64,000 nucleotides of DNA from a virus. The stretch covers positions 1-64,000 of IMG/VR virus record IMGVR_UViG_3300036791_001038, one strand, 5' to 3'. The translations under genes and the position numbers were made by a program. Below are positions 45,839-55,133 of this stretch, in pieces. The notes under the pieces were generated by a model, which was given only the letters and a program-made list of their open reading frames with translations, did not search any database and was not told where the DNA came from. Every line of letters starts with the position of its first letter. Within the stretch, counting starts at the first letter, position 1.

Positions 45839-48190
45839 ATGGCGACTTACCGCCTGTTCCCCTCCACCAACGGGCCAGCTACCGCTACTGCTCGTACCGG
45901 GAGCTTCATCTCCGGGGTGACCTTCACCGTCACCCAGGGAGGCATGTGGTTCACCGGCTACTGGTGGTGGGTGTGCGCCTCGGGCCAGACCATCACCCCG
46001 GTCAAGTGCGCTCTGTGGTCCCTCCTCAATGGCACCAGCGGACGGGTCATCCCCGGCAGCGTGGTCACCTCCGGGACGCTGACGGTCGGGGCCTGGAACT
46101 ACATTCCGCTGCCCATCCCCGTCCAGATCGCCATCGGTGACACCCTGGTGGCCGCCATCGGGGTCAACGGGGCCTACCCCGACACCCCCAACTCCTTCGG
46201 GGCCGGTCAGACCTACGCGGCGGGCATCACCCAGGGACCATTGCGGGCCTTCTCCGCCCCCAGTGGCACCTATCCCAGCGGCTGGGGCAACCCCCAGGGC
46301 TGCATGTCCACCGGGGGCAACGACCCCTCCACCACCATCCCGTTGACCGCCTCGGGCACCGACAACCTGTGGGTCGGAGTGCAGGTCTCTGACACCGCGG
46401 CCCCCAACTACACCGGCACCTGGCGACTGTGGCCCAACATGGCCTCGGCCACCTCCTATACCCAGCCCAACACCACCGACAATCTCATCGTCGGCACCGA
46501 GATCGATATCACAGCCCGAGCCACCGTCAACAACATCTGGTTCTACAGCCCGGCTGGAACGGCTCAGCTACCCACCGAGGTCACCATCTGGACCACCCAT
46601 CAGGGCGGGCTCACCGGCACCGCCCTGGTCGATGTCACCGCTCCGGTCTGGTCGGGCGTGGCCGGGAGCGGCTGGATCTCGACCCCGGTGCCCGGCAACG
46701 TGGTGTTGCCCATCGGCAAGTACCGGGTGTCGGTCTACAACGAGACCGTCACCCCGGACCAGTGGTCCGCCTTCTACACCGGCTACTGGGGGATCTACTC
46801 CGGCCAGGCCGCTCGGGCGGTGGGCCAGAACGGCATCGTGGCCGGTCCCATGACCGCGCCCCCCTCGGCCACAGCCCTGAACGCCTTCAGTGCCAACGGC
46901 GCAGGAGCCACCGAGCCGGGCCAGTCGGTCTACATCCTGGGTCCTCCGAACGCCTTCCCCAACATCTACGTCGGGGTCAACTCCCCTGGTGGGGCGCTCT
47001 TCCAGAACTACTGGGTGGACCTGGAGGTCACCACCGTCATCATCACCGTCACCGGTACTGCCTCCATCATCGCAGGACCGTTGAGCGTTAGAGCTAACGG
47101 CGTCGTTTCGATAATAGGAAAAGCCAGTATTACGGTTGGTCCGGTCCTTATTGTCGCCACGGTTATCACCGTAATAGGCAATGTCAGCATCGTCGTTGGC
47201 GGCGTGGATGTCGTTGCCACCGGGCAGACCTCTGTCACTGGCACAGGCCGGGTGGCCCTGGGCGTGCTGGACCTCCGGGCTACCGGGATCACCACGGTGG
47301 TGGGCCACGCCAGCATCGTCGTCGGGCCGATCCTGGTGGTGGCGGCCCGCGTCAACAAGGTCTACACGCGAGGCGAGTCGGTCACCCAGTCCTCGGTCGC
47401 GGCCACCCTGCACAAGGCCATCGTCATCACCACCACCGGCCCGGTCACGGCCCTGTCCTCGGCCAGCGCCGTCCTGACCCAGAACCTGGCTATCCCGCCC
47501 GGTGTCGAGACCGGGGTCGGGACCGAGTCCATCGACTCCCTGACCATCCAGGCCGCCCTGCTCAACCACTTCTTCGACACCTACGTGGTCCCCGACGCCA
47601 AGAACTGGGAGGTCGAGAACGAGCGCGCCCGCCACGATCAGGCCCTGTACCGCTTGGGCGAGTACGGCATCTTTGTGCTGATGTGGCAGATGCAGGACTT
47701 CACCCTGGGCCTGGTGGGGCGCTGTACCACCTGCATGATCCCCCAGGGAGCCCTGGCTGACACCTGGGCGCAGCCCGCCTACTTCAAGTGCCCGGACTGC
47801 TACGGCACTGGCTTCGAGGGCGGCTACAAGGCCGTCCTGGTGCGGCCCTCGCTGTGGACCTGGGACGAGCCGGTGCAGCAGCAGGTGGCCCGTGGCGTGA
47901 TCAACACCAACGTGGCCCAGGTCCAGACCACCGCCGACTTCCGCATGCAGCCCAAGGACTACCTGATCCGGGGGGACGGGTCGCGCTGGCAGATCCAGAG
48001 CGTCGAGGGGGAGCATCTCGACACCGGCTTCGGGACCCAGGCCGGGCCGTGGAACGCCGTCGGCTTCAGCTATGCCAACGTGACCAGAGAGGACGAGTCC
48101 TCGCCCATCTACCTGCTGCCGCTGGCCGAGAGCTACATCCAGGAGAACATCACCCAGTACTACTCCCGAGCCCCGGTTACGGAGTTCTGA
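45839..48190 (+). CDS. two DUF4082-like beta domains fused to a neck/head-closure domain
   Basis: G..F.V......TG.WW and NYWVD motifs, repeat linker, C-term RC..C...CPDCYGTGFEGGY. Confidence 0.65.
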   Translation: MATYRLFPSTNGPATATARTGSFISGVTFTVTQGGMWFTGYWWWVCASGQTITPVKCALWSLLNGTSGRVIPGSVVTSGTLTVGAWNYIPLPIPVQIAIGDTLVAAIGVNGAYPDTPNSFGAGQTYAAGITQGPLRAFSAPSGTYPSGWGNPQGCMSTGGNDPSTTIPLTASGTDNLWVGVQVSDTAAPNYTGTWRLWPNMASATSYTQPNTTDNLIVGTEIDITARATVNNIWFYSPAGTAQLPTEVTIWTTHQGGLTGTALVDVTAPVWSGVAGSGWISTPVPGNVVLPIGKYRVSVYNETVTPDQWSAFYTGYWGIYSGQAARAVGQNGIVAGPMTAPPSATALNAFSANGAGATEPGQSVYILGPPNAFPNIYVGVNSPGGALFQNYWVDLEVTTVIITVTGTASIIAGPLSVRANGVVSIIGKASITVGPVLIVATVITVIGNVSIVVGGVDVVATGQTSVTGTGRVALGVLDLRATGITTVVGHASIVVGPILVVAARVNKVYTRGESVTQSSVAATLHKAIVITTTGPVTALSSASAVLTQNLAIPPGVETGVGTESIDSLTIQAALLNHFFDTYVVPDAKNWEVENERARHDQALYRLGEYGIFVLMWQMQDFTLGLVGRCTTCMIPQGALADTWAQPAYFKCPDCYGTGFEGGYKAVLVRPSLWTWDEPVQQQVARGVINTNVAQVQTTADFRMQPKDYLIRGDGSRWQIQSVEGEHLDTGFGTQAGPWNAVGFSYANVTREDESSPIYLLPLAESYIQENITQYYSRAPVTEF

Positions 48191-48951
48191 TGCCCATCGG
48201 CACTCGGGCACCTGATCGGGCCATCATGGTCATCGACGGGCTCAGCCTGCACGATGCCAAGTGGCTGGCCAACGTCGCCGTCATCTTCGCCCGCGCCCAC
48301 GCCCCCAAGCTGACCGGGGTCTCGGCGTCGAGGATCGAGCCGCTCTACGGCAAGGAGCATTTCGGGCTGCGCTGGGCCGATGATCGGGTGTGGTTCCAGA
48401 ACGCCGGGGTGAACCCCTTCGTCATGCGCGCCCTGGCCGGGAAGACCATCCCCATGTGGATCGATGACCCCTCCGGCACCGAGCGCCAGAAGAACCCCAA
48501 AGCCAAGGTGCGCGTCACCGAGAGCGGCCGGACCCAGGTGCTGATCTTCCGCAAGGCCGCTCAGCTAGGGGCGCGCAAGACCGTCGCTCGACGCCGAGGT
48601 GGCGTCACCACTCAGGTGACGGTGCCCCAGAGCTATCCCGGCGCGCCCGGTCGCATCACCATCCGGGAGGCCGGAGCCCCCTACACCTCGCCGGGCCGTC
48701 AGCCCGGTCGCATCGCTCGGGGCAACGTGGGCCTGCGCTGGTACTTCCCTGGGCTGAGCCCCCGCAACTTCATCCAGAACGGATTGGTGCAGGCCTGCAA
48801 CGCCGCGGGGATCACCCCCGGCCCTATCCATACCGGCTACAACTTCTACTCGGCCCGAGCCTCGCTCGGTGACAAGATCCCTGCTTATCCCCAGCAACCC
48901 ATGGCCGAGCGGATGAGCAAACTGGCGAAAAGAGGTGTGAAATCTACCTAG
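48190..48951 (+). CDS. basic virion morphogenesis (neck) protein
   Basis: TGATG coupling, W..PGL.PR.F motif, position in the module. Confidence 0.65.
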   Translation: MPIGTRAPDRAIMVIDGLSLHDAKWLANVAVIFARAHAPKLTGVSASRIEPLYGKEHFGLRWADDRVWFQNAGVNPFVMRALAGKTIPMWIDDPSGTERQKNPKAKVRVTESGRTQVLIFRKAAQLGARKTVARRRGGVTTQVTVPQSYPGAPGRITIREAGAPYTSPGRQPGRIARGNVGLRWYFPGLSPRNFIQNGLVQACNAAGITPGPIHTGYNFYSARASLGDKIPAYPQQPMAERMSKLAKRGVKST

Positions 48952-49622
48952 TTCAGTTGATGCATGTCATCACCTCAGGCTTGCAAAGCGTCTTCCATGG
49001 CGATTATGTCTCCATGGATGATCAGCCGGACTTCGCCGGTCTGCATGTCTCTATCGAATACCCGTTGAACCCCCAGGACTACCCTGGTATCTGGGTGGAC
49101 TTCGAGCCCGAGGGAGAGCTTTCCCGAGGTGGCATCGATGACATCAACAGCTTCCTGCCGAACGGGGACTCCTCCCTGACCCCGTTGTACCTGTGGCGGG
49201 CTCAGGGCTGGGCCACCTACACCCTGGCCGCCCTGACCTCCCTGCAACGGGCGCGCCTGCACGATGAGATCGTCCGGGTGTTCGCCTTCGGCAGCGACCC
49301 GACGGTGGCGGCCTTCCGGGGCTCCATCGAGTCCAACGACTACCTGGCCATGAACATGGACTTCGATCGCATCGCGGAACGGGGAGCCTCGGCCACCGCG
49401 GGCACGCCCTGGGGAACCGAAGAGATCATCTACGAAGTGACATTGGCCATGCAATGCGTGATCGAGTTCTACTCGACAGCCAACAAGGACAAGCTCTATC
49501 CGTTGTCCCAGATTCAGATTTACTCCACGCCACAAGGATTGGATACTTGGACAGAAACCACAGTCAATGCTAATGGCCTGTCCATCGCGCCAGGCACACC
49601 ACCATCAGATGGTTGGCAGTAG
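48942..49622 (+). CDS. tail terminator/completion protein (possible ATC start; canonical alternative 48957/48960)
   Basis: VSIEYP.....YP.IWV.FE, directly before the sheath gene. Confidence 0.6.
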   Translation: MYLVQLMHVITSGLQSVFHGDYVSMDDQPDFAGLHVSIEYPLNPQDYPGIWVDFEPEGELSRGGIDDINSFLPNGDSSLTPLYLWRAQGWATYTLAALTSLQRARLHDEIVRVFAFGSDPTVAAFRGSIESNDYLAMNMDFDRIAERGASATAGTPWGTEEIIYEVTLAMQCVIEFYSTANKDKLYPLSQIQIYSTPQGLDTWTETTVNANGLSIAPGTPPSDGWQ

Positions 49623-49631
49623 GGGTCGGGG

Positions 49632-49667
49632 CCTGTCTCTAGCTGGATCAGAGCGCCGAAGGAGTGA
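49632..49667 (+). promoter_or_regulatory. putative late promoter motif copy 7
   Basis: CCTGTC-N20-GAAGGAGTGA. Confidence 0.7.
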
Positions 49668-49754
49668 GAAGCCCGACCAGGGAGACGCGGTTCTGTGTCA
49701 TCAGCCCAAATGCATGACGCAATCCTAACCTTTGATAAGGGGGCGTGATACGTC

Positions 49755-51230
49755 GTGTCCATCATTGATTTCACGCAGTACCAGCCTCCCGATGTATATA
49801 TCGAGGCTTTAGCTGCCCCCCTTGTTGGGGTCACTGGCATCGCTCCTGATGTCATCGGGATTGTTGGTCCAGCCCTCGGTTACAAAACCACCACCGAGAG
49901 CTATGTTCTGACCGATACCATTCCGGTCATACTGAATCAGTTTGGAGCCAATCCAGCCAGCGTAAGCGTTACCGATGTATCCGGGAATGCATTCCTTCTG
50001 ACCGACTATGTCACCACTGTGATCAATGGGCACACCCCGGCTCAGAACCAGGTCACGGTGGCCCGGTCCCCGACCTCGAACATCCTCAGCGGCCAGGTGG
50101 TCTACATCACCTACCAGTACACCGACGGGGACTACTACCTCCCGGCCACCTACACCGACTACCCCTCGGTGAAGAAGGACTGGGGCATCCCCCTCGACCT
50201 GACCACCAACGCCATCCTGTCCCCGCTGTCCCTGGCCGCCCAGTTGGCCTTCGTCAACGGGGCCAACACCATCATCATCTGCCCCACCCAGGATACCGGG
50301 GGCATTGCCACCCGCACCGGCCTGGCCGAGGCCTACAACACCATGGCCTCGATCGTCCCGCTGGACATCATCGTCCCGCTACCGGTGGGCATCAGCGGTA
50401 CTCCCGCCCTGCCGGGAGACACCATCAACGTCGGCCTGGACCTGGCTTCCTTCCTGAACGGTCAAGCCCAAGTGGGCATCTTCGGGGTGGGCCTGGTGGG
50501 CTACGACGCGGTCAACTCGGTCGGTCCCGACACCATCGCCCAGGGCATCTCCAGCTACCGCATCCAGGAACACTGGCCAAATCAGATGAACTACTTCAAC
50601 GGCACCAACAACGCCTCGTTCATCATCTCGGGCTACTACCTGGCCGCGGCCTGGGCCGGAGTACTGGCCTCTCTGCAACGCCAGATCCCGCTGACCAAGA
50701 AGAACGTCTCGGGCCTGTCGGGGATCCCGAACTCGGTCTTCACCACCATGACCATGGCCTACAAGAACCAGCTATCGGCGTCCGGGGTGGCCGTCACCGA
50801 GCAGGTGACCGGCGGGGGCCTGCAGATGCGCCACAGCGTCACCACCTCCACGGTGGCCATCACTAGCCGGGAGCTATCCATCATCCGGGCTGGCGACGGC
50901 ATGATCGAGATGATCGAGAACACCCTGCAGAACTCGGGCCTGATCGGCTCGGCCTTCACCCCTACCACCTTGGCCAACGTCAAGAGCATGGTCCAGGGAG
51001 CCCTGGAGGCCTTGCTCAGCCAGGGGCTCATCGTGGGCTACACCGCCCTCGGGGTGCAGCAGCAGATCACCAATCCGTTGGTGGTCCTGGTCCAGTTCCA
51101 GTACCAGCCTGCCTATCCCCTCAACTACATCGTCGTCCAGTACTCCATCGACACCACCACCGGGTCGGTCTCGACCGTCACCACGGCTCCCGATCCCACG
51201 GGTGGCTCCACGGGCAACGCCACCGGCTAG
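49755..51230 (+). CDS. tail sheath protein
   Basis: Y.PP.VYIE N-term, AAA.AG..AS....PLT.K, RELSIIR, Y.PAYPLNYI C-term. Confidence 0.9.
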   Translation: MSIIDFTQYQPPDVYIEALAAPLVGVTGIAPDVIGIVGPALGYKTTTESYVLTDTIPVILNQFGANPASVSVTDVSGNAFLLTDYVTTVINGHTPAQNQVTVARSPTSNILSGQVVYITYQYTDGDYYLPATYTDYPSVKKDWGIPLDLTTNAILSPLSLAAQLAFVNGANTIIICPTQDTGGIATRTGLAEAYNTMASIVPLDIIVPLPVGISGTPALPGDTINVGLDLASFLNGQAQVGIFGVGLVGYDAVNSVGPDTIAQGISSYRIQEHWPNQMNYFNGTNNASFIISGYYLAAAWAGVLASLQRQIPLTKKNVSGLSGIPNSVFTTMTMAYKNQLSASGVAVTEQVTGGGLQMRHSVTTSTVAITSRELSIIRAGDGMIEMIENTLQNSGLIGSAFTPTTLANVKSMVQGALEALLSQGLIVGYTALGVQQQITNPLVVLVQFQYQPAYPLNYIVVQYSIDTTTGSVSTVTTAPDPTGGSTGNATG

Positions 51231-51242
51231 TAAAGGATCGTC

Positions 51243-51728
51243 ATGCAGACCCAGACCAGGCTCGTCGGCTCGGGCTTCACCACCTTCACCTACCAGTCCA
51301 GGGCCATCGCCTTCCTGGACGAGGTCCATGACTCGGGCCAGCAGCCCATCCGCCAGTACGAGGCCGTCACCCCGCTCGATGCCCAGTACCCGGTGGAGTT
51401 CGCCCTGCCCCGTGTGCGGGCCGAGGGCACCCTGCAGCTAGTGGTGCGGGAACTGTGGAACCAGCCCGTCTGGTGGGCGCTGAGCGGCCTCACCGGGTCC
51501 TGGAACATCGTGGACGTGTACAACATGATGGCCAATCAGAAGACCCCCATCATCGCCACCACCACCATCAAGTCCCCCACCTCGTCCACCTGGCGGGGCT
51601 GGACCTACCACAACTGCGTGGTCACCGCCATCGATGACCGGGAGGCGGTGCAGATCGGCACCCTGACCTTCCCGCGCAACCTCTCACTCATCTACGCCTA
51701 TAAGACAGGGCTGCAAGGACAAACTTAA
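51243..51728 (+). CDS. tail tube protein
   Basis: 161 aa directly after the sheath. Y.NC.V..I.D motif. Confidence 0.8.
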   Translation: MQTQTRLVGSGFTTFTYQSRAIAFLDEVHDSGQQPIRQYEAVTPLDAQYPVEFALPRVRAEGTLQLVVRELWNQPVWWALSGLTGSWNIVDVYNMMANQKTPIIATTTIKSPTSSTWRGWTYHNCVVTAIDDREAVQIGTLTFPRNLSLIYAYKTGLQGQT

Positions 51729-51739
51729 GGAGATCACCC

Positions 51740-52351
51740 ATGAATGGTGAAGGAGAGTCCATCGACCCTCCTGTTTCAGATATCCCCATGGACTTTGGCA
51801 CCACATCTACCGGATCAGGCTCGTTCTGGACCAGCGACTCAGAGCAAGAGAGCATCTCCGAGCCACCCCACGATCCACGCCCGGTGACTGAAGGAACGTT
51901 GAGTGAGGGACCTGGAATAGAGGAAGAGGAACTCCCCGCATTTGATGATCAATACAGACAGGATTTCATAGGACTCAACTTCGTCGGCAAGCTCAGTGAT
52001 GACTTTGAGTGGATGGGCCATCGCTTCAAGATCAGAACGTTGATGACAGACGAACTGATCCAAATAGGGATGGTGCATGCGAAGTACCAGAATACCCTGT
52101 CGGATGTCAAGGCTTATCAGACCCTGGTCGTAGGAGCATGCCTGGAGCATGTGGACGGCAAGCAACTACCGGTGCCCATCGCCATGGATGTGGATCTGGT
52201 GGAAGAGCGGTTCAACTACATCAGGACCCACTGGTACCCCTGGACCATCGATGCGATCTACGAGCGTTACCTCCTCCTCGAAATCCGGGTACAGAAGGTC
52301 ATCGAAGCAATGGGAAAAGTGTCGGGATCAGTGGAGTTGATCCCTGGCTAG
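51740..52351 (+). CDS. tail assembly chaperone
   Basis: Between tube and tape measure; ends at a slippery site. Confidence 0.8.
   Translation: MNGEGESIDPPVSDIPMDFGTTSTGSGSFWTSDSEQESISEPPHDPRPVTEGTLSEGPGIEEEELPAFDDQYRQDFIGLNFVGKLSDDFEWMGHRFKIRTLMTDELIQIGMVHAKYQNTLSDVKAYQTLVVGACLEHVDGKQLPVPIAMDVDLVEERFNYIRTHWYPWTIDAIYERYLLLEIRVQKVIEAMGKVSGSVELIPG
52312..52318 (+). other. -1 programmed frameshift site G GGA AAA
   Basis: X XXY YYZ in the chaperone frame. The -1 frame stays open to 52710. Confidence 0.8.
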
Positions 52352-52710
52352 CTGCCCAGTGCCGACTGGCTGAACGACAGGGCCTCCTGCACGGTGGCCA
52401 TATCTCGATGGTGCAGAAGACCGCCCTCGAAGTCGTCATAGCCATGGAGGACCAGGACAGGGTGCGCCAGGAGATCCAGGCCCTGAAGTTGGCGCTGATC
52501 TCTGCTGATCCCGTTATTTACGTTCCCCGGTTCTATCCCGAAATCGCCCCACCTCCGTTGCTCAGCAACGTCGATTCCCTCATCGACACCCTCACCGAGG
52601 AGGAGACCCCCATGATCGACTTCGAACTCACCCCACCCTCCACCGCCGAGGCCGCCCAGATCATCGAGTCGCTCCTGGCCAACAAGAAAGTGACGCTCAA
52701 CGGATCATGA
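52318..52710 (+). CDS. frameshifted extension of the tail assembly chaperone
   Basis: -1 frame ORF whose stop overlaps the tape measure ATG. Confidence 0.7.
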   Translation, partial: SVGISGVDPWLAAQCRLAERQGLLHGGHISMVQKTALEVVIAMEDQDRVRQEIQALKLALISADPVIYVPRFYPEIAPPPLLSNVDSLIDTLTEEETPMIDFELTPPSTAEAAQIIESLLANKKVTLNGS

Positions 52711-55133
52711 GTTGGACCACCGCCTCAGGCTTTGAAGGCCCCGAATCCAATATCAGAGGCGATCAAGCTCGGACCAATCCTCCTCCCGGCGGAGGTCTCG
52801 GCTCGGATCTGCCCAGTTCCATCGCCGCCGGTATAGCCGCCGGGCTCCGGGGCCTGGAAGGCATCATCTCGAACCTGAACACCCAACAGCAGCAGACCAA
52901 CCTCTTCCTGTCCCAGATGACCGGCAAGGCCACCCAGGGCGGCACCATGTTCGGGGGCGTGTGGGGACCCATGGGCGTGGGTGGCACCACCCACACCACC
53001 GGCAAAGGCACGGTGCCCACCGTCACGGCCAGGTTCGACATGCCCGGAGGCGGGTTCACCGAGGTAACGGACCCGTCCAGCCAGCGGGGTCAACCCGGCG
53101 CTCTGCCCACCAGGGCCATGACCATGGGCAGCCTGCGTACTCGGGCGGCTCGGGCCATCTCCACCACCGGATCGGGGATCTTCGGTCCTCGCCTGGAGAG
53201 CTACTACAACGAGAACACCAAGAAGATGGAGACCCACCAACTCATCCGCGACGCCGACGGCAACGTCAGATCCGAGAAGGTGGACGAAGGACAGGTGCCC
53301 AAGCTGCAGCGCGCCGAACGTGTCGGTAGCGCCTTTCAGGGGGCAGTGGGTCGAGCCGTGGCCGGAGAGGGGCTGGGTGGCGTCGGCCAGATAGCCACGG
53401 CCTTGCTCCCAGAGGGAGCCATGCTCGGGCTGGGGGCCGCCGGGGCGGTGGGTGCCGTCGGCTACGAGGGCGTCAAGATGATCCAGAACCAGCGGGCGCA
53501 GAACGCCCAGTACCAGGCCATCCTGGGCGGCTCTAACTTCTCCCAGTTCGGTCAGCGCATCTCCAGCGCCGCCTTCGGGATCCGCAATATGTTCAGCTTC
53601 GGCTCCGGGCAAGCCCAGGAGGCCTTCATGGGGGCCACCCAGTTAGGCATGCGGGGCCAGGAGCGCAACAGCGCCCTGAACATGATGGTGTCGAGCTTCA
53701 ACTCCATGGGCATGAGCGTGGCCCAGTCCCTGGCCGCCATCACCGTCCAGGCCCAGAGCGGCTACGAGAACTTCAACGACCTGGAGAAGTCCCTCAAGGG
53801 GGTGTCGGCCGCGGCCAAGGACACCGCCCAGAACGCCGAGGCGGTGCGCCAGGGCTTTATCCAGACCTACCAGGGGGTGACCCAAAACGTGGGGGGCGGA
53901 GCCGGGACCCTGGGGGTGTCCACGGCTATCAGTAAGTTCCAAGCCAACCTGGGTCGTCAGTTCCAGGGCATGAACTTCAGCGGAGTAACCGGCAATACCC
54001 AGCTATACGAGATCGCCTCCGAACAAGGGATGAACTTTAACCAGGTGGTCCAGAAGATGGCCACCAATCCCACTTGGGGTGTTCAAGCAGTCAATAAGAA
54101 CATCGATACATTCCTGAGTCAAGCTGGTGGTGGACAGGCTATAGCTAGCTTACGACAGCAGATGAAATCCGGTAAGTTCCAGGTCGGTGCAAATGGTCAG
54201 GTTGATCCGGCTCAACTGACAGGATTAGCCACCAATCTCCTGACCCAGCTTCCCAATGTTCAGGGCATCTCATCGATCTTGTCAGCGGCCGGGATCGACA
54301 CCAGCCAGATGAACCCCATGCAGGTGGCTCAGGCCTTCATCGGCTACTACGCCCAGAATGGCCTCCAGGCTCCGGCCGCGGCTGGACCGCAGACTGTCGG
54401 CGCGGCCCAGCGACAGGCCTTGGCCGCCACCAGTGCCAACCCGGCGGCGGCGGCCGGTTCACCTGGTGGGGCAGGCAGTTCCACGGCGGCCCTGGGAGCG
54501 GCGGCCAAGGGCACCGGCCTCAAGGGTGGTGTCCAGATCGACGTGGGCACCATCACCGGGTCCAGTGGGGCCGAGAAGCTGCGTCGGCAGTACCTGGCCC
54601 AGATCGGCAAGACCGGACAGAACTCCACCATCATCGACCAGATGCTCAAGAGCAGCGCGGCCCAGAAGATGCTCTACCGGGTGAACACCTCGGACGGCTC
54701 CAAGGTGGTCAACTTCCAGGACCTGATCACTAACTACTCCGACCAGGCGGCCTCGGGTGGAGTGGAGATCGCCCAGGGCACCATGAACGGTCAGAACGTG
54801 GCCGGGCTGTCGGCGTCCTCCCAGTTCGGTGGCACCCAGGGCGATCCCGCTGCCTACGCGGCCGCCAATGCTGCGGCCTCCTCCAACCAGAAGCTCAAGG
54901 GCAAGGACCTCTCCGGCAAGCTCAAGACCGGGGAGGCGGCCACCGGCAAGGCGGCCACGCAGCTTCAGATCTCGGCCACCCCGCAACTCCAGCAGCTTCT
55001 GAGCTTTGCCGTCAACGGTCAGAGCGTGTCGGCCTCCAGCGCCACCAGCCTGGTGGCCCCACTCGGGCCGGTCAACCCCGACAGCATGGCCGGTAGCTCT
55101 CCGGCCAACTACAGCGGCTACACCGGGCAATAG
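52707..55133 (+). CDS. tape measure protein
   Basis: 808 aa, A/G/Q-rich, directly after the chaperones. Confidence 0.8.
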   Translation: MSWTTASGFEGPESNIRGDQARTNPPPGGGLGSDLPSSIAAGIAAGLRGLEGIISNLNTQQQQTNLFLSQMTGKATQGGTMFGGVWGPMGVGGTTHTTGKGTVPTVTARFDMPGGGFTEVTDPSSQRGQPGALPTRAMTMGSLRTRAARAISTTGSGIFGPRLESYYNENTKKMETHQLIRDADGNVRSEKVDEGQVPKLQRAERVGSAFQGAVGRAVAGEGLGGVGQIATALLPEGAMLGLGAAGAVGAVGYEGVKMIQNQRAQNAQYQAILGGSNFSQFGQRISSAAFGIRNMFSFGSGQAQEAFMGATQLGMRGQERNSALNMMVSSFNSMGMSVAQSLAAITVQAQSGYENFNDLEKSLKGVSAAAKDTAQNAEAVRQGFIQTYQGVTQNVGGGAGTLGVSTAISKFQANLGRQFQGMNFSGVTGNTQLYEIASEQGMNFNQVVQKMATNPTWGVQAVNKNIDTFLSQAGGGQAIASLRQQMKSGKFQVGANGQVDPAQLTGLATNLLTQLPNVQGISSILSAAGIDTSQMNPMQVAQAFIGYYAQNGLQAPAAAGPQTVGAAQRQALAATSANPAAAAGSPGGAGSSTAALGAAAKGTGLKGGVQIDVGTITGSSGAEKLRRQYLAQIGKTGQNSTIIDQMLKSSAAQKMLYRVNTSDGSKVVNFQDLITNYSDQAASGGVEIAQGTMNGQNVAGLSASSQFGGTQGDPAAYAAANAAASSNQKLKGKDLSGKLKTGEAATGKAATQLQISATPQLQQLLSFAVNGQSVSASSATSLVAPLGPVNPDSMAGSSPANYSGYTGQ

